A DNA stretch of 64,000 bases from an uncultured Pseudomonadales bacterium (GTDB lineage Bacteria; Pseudomonadota; Gammaproteobacteria; Pseudomonadales; Pseudohongiellaceae). The stretch is taken from the NCBI GenBank assembly GCA_964275945.1, contig CAXYEH010000021.1:3978-67977 (forward strand). The letters run 5' to 3'. Below, piece by piece: positions 29,017-38,986 of the stretch (position 1 is its first letter; each line of letters starts with the position of its first letter). A model generated the notes under the pieces. It saw only the letters and a program-made list of their open reading frames with translations, was not told the origin of the DNA and ran no database searches. Position numbers and translations under genes: made by a program.

Positions 29017-30862
29017 TTAGGGTAATGCAAAGATGAACAGGTTAGCGTTGCCGCTGGGCCTTATCTCGGGTGTGGCAACACCACCCAGTCCACGTCCGGT
29101 ATTTACCGCAACATACTGTTTTCCATCCACGGCATAGCTTATCGGGTAGCCGACTACTTCGGCGCCCAGATTTATTTCCCAGAGTATCTCACCGGTCTCA
29201 TCATCAAAGGCTCTAAAACGGCCGTTGATATCGCCACCGAATACCAGCCTTCCGCCGGTGGCTACCATAGGATACCGTGCCAGCGCGCTGTTCATATAGC
29301 CACTCAGTGCGACCAGTCTCGGCATTGATCGCTCTTACCGTGCCCGAGTTGGTCTCGCCGGGGGTCATTCGAGCTCTGGCCGCCAGTGAGTAGATGGACT
29401 GGGCGCCGTCGATAATGTCACGCGCGAGTTCGGTATCATTGGTCGTCTTGAGGTCAGCGGTGGCCATCATGTCGGCACAGGTGTTGCGCACCCCATAATA
29501 CATGTTATTGGTGAGTGGGCTGTAGGCGCCTGCTTCCCAATCCCTGCCCCCGAGCAAGTGCGGACAGACCATCACAATCTGTTCGTTTTCGCGAAAGATC
29601 ACTTCCTCGTTGAGTACCACCTCGCCAGTGGCGCCGTCAATATTCGAGATAACGTTTTGAAATGTGGTAGGGGTTGCCCACAGGAACTCACCGGTCTCTC
29701 GGTCCAGTGTGTAAACTATGCCGGTCTTGCCGGGAATGCCGGTGATAACCTTGCGAACTTCGCCAGCCTCCAAATTTGGATTTATCCACTCAACTTCGTC
29801 TGGATCGGGAGCCACTGCAGTGTCCACCAACAGCCGCTCAAAAGGATGATCCAAATCCCAGTGGTCATTGAGGTGCTGGTAGTACCAGCGTATCTCACCG
29901 GTTTCAAGCTCCAGTGCCAGAGTGCTGTTGTGATAAAGATGATCGTTCTCGACGCCACCTAAAAAGAATTTCGGTGCGGGAGAAGTCACAGAGGTGCCTA
30001 TGATAATCAGCTCCAGCTCCGGATCGTAGCTGGCAGGCATCCACGAACCCACGTGTTGGCGCTGCTCGTAAGGCACGTCGCCCCAGGTCTCGTAACCCGG
30101 CTCTCCAGGCTTTGGAATCAACTGGCGGCGCCAAAGCTCAACGCCGGTAAGGGCATCATGGGCGGCGACAAAGCAGGCTTCGGGTCCACCTCCTGGATAA
30201 GTAGGTTTCGATCGACAACTGCGACCGGAAATAACCCGACCGTCGGCAATAATCGGCCCCGCACTATGGGTGCCGGTATTGACCTTGTAATCGAAAACTT
30301 GGGTTTCCCAAACGGTTTCGCCGGTTTGGGCATCCAGCGCAAACACGAAGCCGTCATCGCTGGTGTTGATGATCAGATTCCCAAAGATTGCTAGGTTGCG
30401 ATTGTTGCGGGCATTAACACCCACGTAGTCATAAAGGCCTTCCGGATGGTCGCGGCCGTATTCCCAGATCTGGTCGCCAGTGCGGGCATCGATGGCCTCG
30501 ATAACATCATTATGCTGCGGAACGTAGAGCACGCCATCATAGGCCAGCGGCGTAATTTCTCCAGTACCGGTGCCCAAGCCGTGGGTCCATACCATCCTCA
30601 ACTGATCCACATTGTCGCGGTTGACTTCAGCCAAGGGGCTATAGCCCCAGCTATCAAGCGTACGACGCCACATCAGCCAGTCGCTGGGAGCAGGGTCCTG
30701 TAGCATGGCATCAGTAACCGGTGGAAAGCTGTCGCTACCCTGACCGTAAGTGAATGGGCTAATTAACACTGTGCTTACCAGCAAGACAGCAAATATGGTT
30801 TGGACAGTCCGGGAAAAAATACCGACTGTGGTTTGACGGATAGCAGAGTAAACAGATGTCAT
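29017..30862 (-). pseudogene. PQQ-dependent dehydrogenase paralog interrupted by one frameshift near 29270
   Basis: Track ORFs 29213..30862 and 29017..29325 together are collinear with 27055..28908. The frame changes between ...WLYEQRAGTVS and MVATGGRLVFGGDINGRF (GGC ACG GTA TCC T|ATG GTA GCC). The intact copy reads AGTTSLMSTGGGLVF, so the lesion looks like a 2-nt loss or 1-nt gain. Confidence 0.8.
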
Positions 30863-31188
30863 GGTTTTATTCTTCTCACAATTTGATTGACAGGTATTAT
30901 TAACGACTCAGGAACTTACAATTATTCTAATGAAATTTAAATAACACTTGACGAATTTGGATAACATCGCGTCAATTATAAAGCGTTATATGGTAATAAA
31001 TTGTAACGAAGCACATGCAATTTTTTCTCCGATGAGCAATACCCCAGGGGGGAGCCAAGCAGTTATAACCTATCATGTTATTCAACTAGTTAGAATTTTC
31101 CCCTACTTTCAAATTCCATTGCACACCCATCACACACTTTTGGTATTTTTCTGAGCCTGATGCTCGTGCGCAAAGAACTGAATTTGAA

Positions 31189-31437
31189 ATGGCAAAACGA
31201 GTATTTTTTAGCTTTCACTCCAAACACGTATGAAAAGTGAACCAAATTCGAAGGGTGCCACATATTACAGACACAACAGCCGCTGGCTTTCAAGATGCCT
31301 CTCTTTTGGAAGCTGCAAAAAAGAGAAGCGATAGAGAAATTAAAAATATGGTCGATAGGGAACTCGAAAACACGAGTGTTACTGTTGTATTTAAGGGTGT
31401 AGCAATACTTCGTTGGACGAAAATAAACGCTAATTAA
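31189..31437 (+). pseudogene. Relic of a TIR-like (DUF1863 / ThsB-like) domain gene with an in-frame TGA and C-terminal truncation
   Basis: ATG 31189 opens MAKRVFFSFHSKHV, followed by TGA (31231-31233) and then, in the same frame, KVNQIRRVPHITDTTAAGFQDASLLEAAKKRSDREIKNMVDRELENTSVTVVF.... The FFSFH...VNQ(V/I)R...GF.DAS...SVTVV pattern matches my memory of the family. Confidence 0.55.
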
Positions 31438-31503
31438 AGATATATATTATCAATTAGTTATAAAACTCTATCGGACTTTGCTGGACACTACTAGACTTGA
31501 GTT

Positions 31504-31580
31504 TGGCACGCCCGGAGAGATTCGAACTCCCGACCAACTGGTTCGAAGCCAGTTACTCTATCCAGCTGAGCTACGGGCGC
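31504..31580 (-). tRNA. tRNA-Arg (anticodon UCG), CCA encoded
   Basis: The reverse complement is GCGCCCGTAGCTCAGCTGGATAGAGTAACTGGCTTCGAACCAGTTGGTCGGGAGTTCGAATCTCTCCGGGCGTGCCA. It folds as a cloverleaf with a 7-bp acceptor stem, D arm GCTC/GAGT, anticodon arm ACTGG-CTTCGAA-CCAGT and T arm GGGAG-TTCGAAT-CTCTC. It is very similar to E. coli tRNA-Arg(ACG). Confidence 0.95.
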
Positions 31581-31664
31581 ATAATGAGGAAATATTATAT
31601 ACGCTTAAGATTGCGGGGTCACTGCAATTGGACATCACAATCATAATACTGAAAACCAGTAAAT

Positions 31665-33896
31665 TTAATTAAAAATATCTAAAATTCGGCTGTACTTAAT
31701 GATGAATTGCTGAGCATTTCTCCTGGGCCCGCCTAATCCACTATCATCTACCTCGTTATAAACCAGATACAAACCTGAGTTGGCTGATTGTAACCAAGCG
31801 AAACGTAAATTAGTTGCTAACACATTATCTCTTTTGTTGTACTGCACCAATGTCTGAATCGATATTCTTGGCGTAAAAGAATACGACAATCTTAAGCGTG
31901 CCAGATCTACCTCAAAGTCACCTCCCGGGATAGGTAAATCAATATCACTATGGCTCCAAGATAATTCTGTGCTGAATTTCTCTCCAGCTCTATAACGAAG
32001 CGTAGGCTCTAAATTCACCCGATCGCCACCAAAAAATCCACCTACAATACCCCTTAAACCGAGACTAAGAGGAGCGCCAGGGTCTGACGAAAACCTGAAA
32101 GACATTTCTTCGTGCTCGTACTCGTCAACGGGGACTGTTACACCTCTAACGATGTCAAAAGGTTCTTTAACTCCCTCTTGGGTAAAGTTTATTGCGGTAG
32201 AAAGTTGGGTTCCTGATTCCCATTCCAAAGCACTGTCTACGTGCAAGCGTCCAGATTCCTGGAAACCATCAAAGTCCCAATAGCCTCGATAATCTATATG
32301 TGGGTGAAGCTCAAGAATGCCAAAAAGGTTGTCTGGTCTAATTGTGCGAGCAACGTAGCCTTCAATTTTGCGGAATCCCTTACGTTGCAAAAAACCTACC
32401 TCGGGATTAAAGTTTTCACCTACCTGTGAGTATCCCGCGCGAAATTCCCACTCTGGAGATTGATAGGCCCCTCGCAAGCCTCCCGCGGAATCCCTTCCAG
32501 AAACCCCCGGCGTATCAGTTCTTGCAGCCCAGCTTGTTACTAGAGTTTCATCTCCAATCCCCCAGCGTCCATCTACTGCAAAGGTGCGATTATAGTCTTC
32601 ACCTTTATTATTTAGCACAGAGCCATCACCATCGCGCTCTACAAACATAAAGCCAATAGAAGAACGATTGGGAAGATCTTGACTGACTCGAGCAACTGAA
32701 AAGTCATTACCAGATGCTACCCCTTCAAGCCCTTCTGTACGCATACCGATAAAGCCAATATTAGTGTTGCTACCTACTTTCCCTGTAAGACGCGCGCCGG
32801 CCTCAATAGGAAGCTGAGCCCCCCCGGCACCAACGCCGATGCGACGACTAAAAAAGAGTTCCACTTCACGAGGGACCCCGATAGCAAATTGCCCTGCATT
32901 TTCAAGAAAAAATGGCCGCTTCTCTGGGAAAAATAAGCTGAACCTATCGAGGTTGACTTGTAAATCATCCGCCTCGACTTGCGCAAAATCAGTATTATAA
33001 GTGACATCAAGGGTCAGAGACGGTGTTACCGAATACTTAACATCAAAACCATACTCTTCATTGTTTTCGGTGCCCGACACGATACTACCGCCGCGAGACG
33101 AAGAACTTAATGCATAAGGTGTAAATTGAAGATTGCGCTGCCTGGGAGCACGAATCCCCTCAAGAAAACCTGCTTCTGAAACTCGATACAAATTGTACTG
33201 TCTATCCAATGGGGCCCAATAGACTTCTTCATTATTACGTCTTATGTTTCGCTGAAAGTTGATCCCCCAAGTCTGGACATCGTCACTGCCATAACGCAAG
33301 GCCGTAAATGGAATTTCCATTTCAGCACTCCATCCAATACTAGAGATTGTCGTCGCAACCTCCCAGGTCGTATCCCAGTTAACATTTACAGCACCATTCG
33401 AACCTCGAAATCTTGGCCCGGTCGCCTCATTGACTACCTGCGCGTCATATTCCAATCCAGACGGTGTAGTTCCAAAAATGTAACCATTTTGTCTATCAAG
33501 AAGTCCATCAATAATGACCTGAAAACTATCAGTCTCATCCAAACGAGAGTCCCGGCGACTGTCCGCGAAAATAATACCCTCTGGATCATCATCATACGCA
33601 ACGACGCCGATATAAAGAGAATCGTCGGTATAACCAATAAAGACTTCAGTTTTTTGTGTTGCCGGCTGCCCTTCGTCGGGTCTTACTTGAGAGAACCCGC
33701 TTGTTGGAGTGACGCCACCCCAGGCAGTGTCTGCCAATACTTCGCCGTCAATTACAGGACTGCTATCTAAAGAAAAAGCTGTAGTAGATGGCGTAACAGA
33801 TTGAGTAGTTAGTTCTTGCGCCCATAACAAACCAGGAAACAACAATGTCGCGGCCACAAACTCGAGTTTAAATCTTTTACTACTGAAGTAGCCCAT
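31665..33896 (-). CDS. CBM9-like / DUF5916-type exported protein
   Basis: 743 aa with a signal peptide. The N-terminal domain reads VIDGEVLADTAWGGVTPTSGFSQVRPDEGQPATQKTEVFIGYTDDSLYIGVVAYDDDP, typical of carbohydrate-binding family 9-like/DUF5916 proteins. A long beta-rich C-terminal part follows. The family assignment is from memory. Confidence 0.6.
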   Translation of the reverse strand: MGYFSSKRFKLEFVAATLLFPGLLWAQELTTQSVTPSTTAFSLDSSPVIDGEVLADTAWGGVTPTSGFSQVRPDEGQPATQKTEVFIGYTDDSLYIGVVAYDDDPEGIIFADSRRDSRLDETDSFQVIIDGLLDRQNGYIFGTTPSGLEYDAQVVNEATGPRFRGSNGAVNVNWDTTWEVATTISSIGWSAEMEIPFTALRYGSDDVQTWGINFQRNIRRNNEEVYWAPLDRQYNLYRVSEAGFLEGIRAPRQRNLQFTPYALSSSSRGGSIVSGTENNEEYGFDVKYSVTPSLTLDVTYNTDFAQVEADDLQVNLDRFSLFFPEKRPFFLENAGQFAIGVPREVELFFSRRIGVGAGGAQLPIEAGARLTGKVGSNTNIGFIGMRTEGLEGVASGNDFSVARVSQDLPNRSSIGFMFVERDGDGSVLNNKGEDYNRTFAVDGRWGIGDETLVTSWAARTDTPGVSGRDSAGGLRGAYQSPEWEFRAGYSQVGENFNPEVGFLQRKGFRKIEGYVARTIRPDNLFGILELHPHIDYRGYWDFDGFQESGRLHVDSALEWESGTQLSTAINFTQEGVKEPFDIVRGVTVPVDEYEHEEMSFRFSSDPGAPLSLGLRGIVGGFFGGDRVNLEPTLRYRAGEKFSTELSWSHSDIDLPIPGGDFEVDLARLRLSYSFTPRISIQTLVQYNKRDNVLATNLRFAWLQSANSGLYLVYNEVDDSGLGGPRRNAQQFIIKYSRILDIFN

Positions 33897-34081
33897 ATCG
33901 ATCCTGCAATTGGCATCATAGAGCTGTGGAACAGCCCCGAAAAGCCGCGTACATTAGTTGAAACATAGAATAATATCAACCGCTTAGCGACAAGCCCGAG
34001 AGTCGAGATGTAATAGTTTGTTACTGACGACAATCAGACAAAGTTGACATGCCAAATCCATCTGGAATCAGTTACCTTTAG

Positions 34082-34525
34082 TTAGTTGACGGCAATGCCT
34101 TGCATTTCAAAGCGCGCATCAAATAGCAACGTTCCCGCACCGATGAAAGCACGTGCAGGATAAACGCCGCTGAAGTAAGTACGATAGACACTATTAAAGG
34201 CATCGTAATGCGCAACATCTGAACAATAGATAGTGACACTTACCAGATCATCCATAGTCATGCTGGCTTCTTCCAGTGTGGCTTTGAATTGCTCCATCAG
34301 CAGCCTCGCTTCTTCTTCTGCGGTTTCTGGAACCTCTCCATTATCAAGCCCAATCATGCCAGATAAATAGAGAGTATCGTCTACCAAAACCGCGCCGCTG
34401 AATACTGGGCCGTCACCATCGACCGAACTTGGATTAATGTAAGACTTATCCTGCGCACTTAGGATTGACGTGAATGCAAGCAATAAGCCTGCGATTACGT
34501 ATTGGTAGCGAGTAAGTGTAATCAT
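34082..34525 (-). CDS. RidA/YjgF/L-PSP family protein with signal peptide
   Basis: 147 aa. GAVLVDDTLYLSGMIGLD ... VSVTIYCSDVAHYDAFNSVYRTYF ... YPARAFIGAGTLLFDARFEMQGIAV matches the RidA fold pattern. The N-terminus LLLAFTSILSAQD looks cleavable. Confidence 0.8.
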   Translation of the reverse strand: MITLTRYQYVIAGLLLAFTSILSAQDKSYINPSSVDGDGPVFSGAVLVDDTLYLSGMIGLDNGEVPETAEEEARLLMEQFKATLEEASMTMDDLVSVTIYCSDVAHYDAFNSVYRTYFSGVYPARAFIGAGTLLFDARFEMQGIAVN

Positions 34526-34720
34526 TGTAATTCCTTAGACTAAATAGTTAACTGTAGCGATTCTTGCTCAATTTAATCACAAAAGAAACTCAGCAATACA
34601 TTTAATGAGGATTCTGTATTAGTGAACATAGGCTATTTTCAGTATTAGCAAGTGTAAGCAAAGACCAGAATCGATGTATTTTAATTTCATCTTAAGAAGA
34701 GCAAAACAGAAGGAATCGTG

Positions 34721-35293
34721 ATGCCAGAACGCTGTTGGTGGTCAGGGAAAGATATGGACTATATCGCGTACCATGATGAAGAATGGGGAGTTCCGATTAG
34801 AGATGATCAATTGCTCTTCGAGTTTATATGCCTTGAAGGTCAACAGGCAGGTTTAAGTTGGATTACAGTACTGAAGAAACGTGAGCGGTACCGAAAGTGT
34901 TTCAAAAACTTCGACATTAGTAAGTGTGCCAACCTAACAGATCGAACCATAGAGAAACTATTACTGGATACAGGATTGATCCGTAATCGTTTAAAGCTTT
35001 ATTCTATTCGAACAAATGCAAAGGCTTTCCAAGTAGTACAAAAAGAATTCGGCAGTTTTGAAAAGTACATCTGGTCTTTCGTTGATGGAAAGGTGTTAGA
35101 TGGAAAACGCAAAAATTACAAACAAGTACCATCAACAACTAGGGAAAGTGATGCCATGTCTAAAGATTTAAAAAAACGGGGCTTTAAGTTCATTGGCAGC
35201 ACTATCTGTTATGCTTTTATGCAAGCCGCTGGCTTAGTTAATGATCACACAAGTAATTGCTTTCGCTATAAACAAATAAAAAAAATAATCTAA
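34721..35293 (+). CDS. tag: DNA-3-methyladenine glycosylase I
   Basis: RCWWSGKDMDYIAYHDEEWGVPIRDDQLLFEFICLEGQQAGLSWITVLKKRERYRKCF and KKRGFKFIGSTICYAFMQAAGLVNDH align almost residue for residue with E. coli Tag. Confidence 0.95.
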   Translation: MPERCWWSGKDMDYIAYHDEEWGVPIRDDQLLFEFICLEGQQAGLSWITVLKKRERYRKCFKNFDISKCANLTDRTIEKLLLDTGLIRNRLKLYSIRTNAKAFQVVQKEFGSFEKYIWSFVDGKVLDGKRKNYKQVPSTTRESDAMSKDLKKRGFKFIGSTICYAFMQAAGLVNDHTSNCFRYKQIKKII

Positions 35294-35362
35294 TACTGAA
35301 AAATTACTAAACTAAAATGACGGATCTGGAAACGACCGTTTCTAGATTTATACAACCAGCTA

Positions 35363-35854
35363 TCAGTCAGTGTGACGCTCCTGCTGCAATTGAGCGTAAG
35401 CTATGGAATTCATCTCATTCGCACGATTACCAAATACGACTTTATGTAATGTGTCGGCTATGCATTCTTCAGCCTCATCAGAATGCAAATAAGCCGCCAC
35501 ATTGCCATCCATTGGGTCTAAAGCGAGCTGCCGAAGATCTATATGATGATCTTCTGTAAGAATGATAACCGGAGTTGGGCTGCGCATCGGGCTTCTTCTT
35601 TCCTCATCACGAATCGTAAATAGAAACTGATCCCTAGGTTTCTTATATCTGTTCCACCCAGTAATCACACAGGACAGTTTATTAGTTAACAAACCAAAGC
35701 CACGATTGTATTGCTGCATCGCCTCAATGGCATTGATTTCGTTATAAGTATTTATAGCTGTGTAGAGCCCAGTTTTACCAATGATATGCGCACACTCATC
35801 GACGAGTGCATTATCAAGATCGAAAAGCAGGACGACTGGTTTAGGACTCATCAT
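35363..35854 (-). CDS. Hypothetical protein
   Basis: 163-aa ORF starting 6 nt downstream of the nitroreductase gene. I recognise no family. Confidence 0.5.
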   Translation of the reverse strand: MMSPKPVVLLFDLDNALVDECAHIIGKTGLYTAINTYNEINAIEAMQQYNRGFGLLTNKLSCVITGWNRYKKPRDQFLFTIRDEERRSPMRSPTPVIILTEDHHIDLRQLALDPMDGNVAAYLHSDEAEECIADTLHKVVFGNRANEMNSIAYAQLQQERHTD

Positions 35855-35860
35855 TCATAA

Positions 35861-36583
35861 CTAGCTTGACCGAAAAGTCACATTCGCTGAAATATCTTCT
35901 CGCGCAGTCCTGGTTTTATTGGCTGGAATAGAGTTGTCCTCGTACCCGAAGCTTATTCCGAACAATATCTTAGTATCATCTTGGATATCGAAGGATTCTC
36001 TGACTAGGTCAGGATAGTTTCGCATAGTTGCCATAGGGCAACTATGCAACCCAAAGCTAACCATAGTAAGCATTAATGTCTGCGCCCACATTCCCACATC
36101 CACCGCCACGGTCGTCCCAAAGGCCGGATCCATACCTATAAACGCGATATACGGAGCATCAAAAAATTCAAAGTTCCGCAACGAAGCCCTCATGCGCCCT
36201 TCTCTATCATCTCGACCTATTTCCATTGTGGAATACAGGGCTACTGCACAATCTACTTGACGCTTGCGATACTCATTTTCAAAGGTACTGTTGTAAAAGT
36301 AATCAGGATTAGCTTCTACGCCAGAAGTAACGTTTTCTACCATTTGCTTTTTAAGGCGCTTTTTTAATTCACCAGATGCCACATAAACCTTCCACGGTTG
36401 CACATTGCAATTCGAAGGAGCATTCTGCGCAACCTCAAAAATACGATTAAGTAAATTCTGTGGCACTTCCTGATCCAAGAAGCCTCTAACTGAACGACGG
36501 GACGCAACAGCATCTACTAAACTCATTTCCGGGTCTACAACAACTGATTCAGCAGTTTTTGATTCTGTATTCATAGCACTCAT
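35861..36583 (-). CDS. Nitroreductase family protein
   Basis: SRRSVRGFLDQEVPQNLLNRIFEVAQNAPSNCNVQPWKVYV is the classic nitroreductase N-terminal motif. The protein is 240 aa. Confidence 0.85.
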   Translation of the reverse strand: MSAMNTESKTAESVVVDPEMSLVDAVASRRSVRGFLDQEVPQNLLNRIFEVAQNAPSNCNVQPWKVYVASGELKKRLKKQMVENVTSGVEANPDYFYNSTFENEYRKRQVDCAVALYSTMEIGRDDREGRMRASLRNFEFFDAPYIAFIGMDPAFGTTVAVDVGMWAQTLMLTMVSFGLHSCPMATMRNYPDLVRESFDIQDDTKILFGISFGYEDNSIPANKTRTAREDISANVTFRSS

Positions 36584-36672
36584 TAAAACTTCGTTCCTTT
36601 GATTTTTCCAAGCAGTATTATTCTATCGTTAGCAAAACGGTTCTAGGTATATTTACAGTAGAAATCGCACCT

Positions 36673-37398
36673 TTAACTGAGAATTCTTCCTCCATCCACG
36701 TCCACAGTAGTCCCAGTCACGAATCTATTATTCATAGCGAATATTAGACCTTCTGCCACCTCTTCGGACGTTCCTCCGCGTTCAATCAAATGGCCAGATG
36801 TCATCGCAGCCAGTCTTTCTCCTCGCTCATCCCCAAACTGGTCAAACATGGCCGTATCTATAGTGCCAGGTGACACTGTATTCACTCGAATAGGCGCTAA
36901 TTCGACTGCCAGACAACGAACAAGGTTCTCGACTGAGCCTCCAACACAGCTTAAAGCTGAAGTAGATGGTGTGATTTTCCGCGCAGGCGAACCGCTCACC
37001 AAGGTGACAGAGCCATTTTGAGCTACATAGGGTACACCAAGTCGAACTACTTTCGCGTACCCCCATAGTTTTCCATAGGCTGCTTTAAATTGTTCCTCTG
37101 TCTGTTCAATAAAAGGCTTGATGGTACGCTCCCCACCAATTGCTGCAGAAACCAAATGATCTATGGTTCCAGCTTCTTTAAATATGGCTTCTAATTCTTC
37201 TGCATTATGTGTATCAGCCTGGCGCACTTCAAACTTCCCGTTGCTAACTGCTCTAGCTTTTTCGATATGCGCTTCAGTGCGCCCCGCAGCCCATACGTTG
37301 GCGCCAAGTTCACTCGCAGCTACTGCCGTTGCTAGCCCAATACCAGCTGTGCCACCTATTATGACGACATTTTTCCCAGACAAGTTGTTATCAGTCAT
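36673..37398 (-). CDS. SDR family oxidoreductase
   Basis: Rossmann motif GKNVVIIGGTAGIGLATA, about 240 aa, with C-terminal GTTVDVDGG typical of short-chain dehydrogenases. Confidence 0.9.
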   Translation of the reverse strand: MTDNNLSGKNVVIIGGTAGIGLATAVAASELGANVWAAGRTEAHIEKARAVSNGKFEVRQADTHNAEELEAIFKEAGTIDHLVSAAIGGERTIKPFIEQTEEQFKAAYGKLWGYAKVVRLGVPYVAQNGSVTLVSGSPARKITPSTSALSCVGGSVENLVRCLAVELAPIRVNTVSPGTIDTAMFDQFGDERGERLAAMTSGHLIERGGTSEEVAEGLIFAMNNRFVTGTTVDVDGGRILS

Positions 37399-37407
37399 AC
37401 CTTACTC

Positions 37408-38802
37408 CTAAAAAATACGCCCAGGGCTAAGAATGCCATGAGGGTCCATTGTTTGTTTAAGTGTTTTCATTAATTGAATTTCAGGGTCGCTCTTACTGTA
37501 TTCCAAAAATTGTTTCTTCATTATGCCAATTCCGTGTTCCGCTGAAATAGAACCATTCAACTCCTGAATTAGCCGATAAACTATCTCATCAATTTCTAAA
37601 TGTACGTCACGAGTCTCGGGGCCTATATTTACGATGATATGCACATTGCCATCGCCAATATGCCCAAATAGCCCAATCGTAGTTTGTTCCCATTTCGCCC
37701 GAATCCGTTTTTCGACTTCGTCACCGAAATATCCCATATCATCAATATTTAGTGAGACATCATAAGCATGCATGTAACCTGCACCAATAACCTCTGCTGC
37801 GCCGTCGCGCACTGCCCAAATACTGCGAATTTTCGTATCAGAGTCTGCAACCACGACATCTTCAATCAAACCGCTTTCACTAGCCTGATTCAACGTATTT
37901 AAAAATAAATCTAGATCTTGTTCAGCATTAGACCCCATAGTTTCTATAAGTACATAGAAGCCAAAGTTTTGCGACAAGGGTGAGTCCACATGAGGCACAT
38001 ATTCGTCAATCAGCTTATAGGTATTGTTCCAGAGCACTTCAAAAGCGCTTAAGTTGGACCCTAAACTCGATTGCGCAAGCACCAGAAAATCTGCGACCTC
38101 TGAAAAACTCTTTAAGCCACACAATGCAACCGCTTGGCTATTAGGCTTCGGTGCAAGTTTTATAACTGCCTGAGTAATAAGGCCCAAGGTACCTTCACTA
38201 CCTATAAATAATTGCTTTAAGTCATACCCTGTATTGTTCTTCCTCAACTTGTGTAGCCCATCGATAATCGTGCCATCGGCGAGAACAGCCTCAACACCGA
38301 CCACTAAATCGCGGGTCATGCCATAACGAATCACACGATTTCCGCCTGCATTAGTAGCCAAATTACCTCCAATAGTGCAGCTACCCCTGGCGCCTAAATC
38401 TAAAGGAAAAAGTAAATTGGATTCTTCTGCCTTTTCTTGAATAGTTTGTAATTCAACCCCTGCTTGCACAGTCATGGTCGAAGTAAATTTATCAACTTCC
38501 ACGACTTTTTTCATACGCTCAAAGCTCAGTACTATTTCTCCATCCAAAGGGGCAGCACCAGAGACCAGGCCAGTCATCCCTCCTTGGGGTGCGATTGGTT
38601 GCTTAACGCTATGACAAGCTTTGAGTATCTGTGAAACTTGTTCAGTAGTTTCTGGGCGCAGTAATAGAGGGGGGTGAACAGAGCGGGCTCCCATCAAATC
38701 TTTATAATTCTTTGAGTCGATATCTTCGCCCTCACGATAACCGCCAGGACCGACTATAGCTTTTAGCTGCTCGATTAGTTCTGAGCTTTCTACAATGGCC
38801 AT
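37408..38802 (-). CDS. FAD-binding oxidoreductase (GlcD / D-2-hydroxyacid dehydrogenase-like)
   Basis: 464 aa. The PCMH-type FAD-binding region reads [14 protein letters not shown]...[24 protein letters not shown]. The C-terminal part reads [10 protein letters not shown]...DP.GILSPG. Its stop lies 9 nt upstream of the SDR gene start. Confidence 0.85.
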   Translation of the reverse strand: MAIVESSELIEQLKAIVGPGGYREGEDIDSKNYKDLMGARSVHPPLLLRPETTEQVSQILKACHSVKQPIAPQGGMTGLVSGAAPLDGEIVLSFERMKKVVEVDKFTSTMTVQAGVELQTIQEKAEESNLLFPLDLGARGSCTIGGNLATNAGGNRVIRYGMTRDLVVGVEAVLADGTIIDGLHKLRKNNTGYDLKQLFIGSEGTLGLITQAVIKLAPKPNSQAVALCGLKSFSEVADFLVLAQSSLGSNLSAFEVLWNNTYKLIDEYVPHVDSPLSQNFGFYVLIETMGSNAEQDLDLFLNTLNQASESGLIEDVVVADSDTKIRSIWAVRDGAAEVIGAGYMHAYDVSLNIDDMGYFGDEVEKRIRAKWEQTTIGLFGHIGDGNVHIIVNIGPETRDVHLEIDEIVYRLIQELNGSISAEHGIGIMKKQFLEYSKSDPEIQLMKTLKQTMDPHGILSPGRIF

Positions 38803-38986
38803 ATCTTTTACTCAATCAAACCCCAAATACTGCGAGCATAGATTATCCAAATCCGAAAACCGTCGGATATTACCATACTGGTCTGCCGTTTTTGGGATAG
38901 ATTCGCTTGATCGCATAACAACTACAAGAGTAACTAAAACTGATAAACTTGGATTTGTTCAGATATCCATTTCTTCGGAGACAGCC

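Noticed and set aside
27055-30862. NDHWDMDHP / NDHWDLDHP (W-D-x-D) in the two methanol/ethanol-family PQQ dehydrogenases resembles the WDYD motif used to predict lanthanide-dependent XoxF/ExaF enzymes. The nearby TBDR could then be a lanthanophore receptor.
   Set aside because: The same W-D-x-D pattern occurs in Ca-dependent glucose dehydrogenase-type quinoproteins (here HHGLWDYD in 2592..4541). I cannot align to XoxF reliably by eye, so the motif alone is not diagnostic. It needs a proper structure-guided alignment.
31231-31233. The in-frame TGA in the TIR-like ORF could be recoding (Sec or Trp).
   Set aside because: No SECIS-like hairpin is evident downstream. TGA is used as an ordinary stop by neighbouring genes (for example 347-349 and 45088-45090), and the ORF is also truncated at its 3' end. 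A pseudogene is the simpler reading.
31478-31672. A 64-aa plus-strand ORF.
   Set aside because: It is read straight across the antisense strand of the tRNA-Arg gene and is spurious.
35363-35854. The N-terminus VVLLFDLDNALVDE... looked like a CheY-type receiver domain.
   Set aside because: I cannot find the conserved phospho-acceptor Asp or the Lys positions by eye, so I left it as hypothetical.
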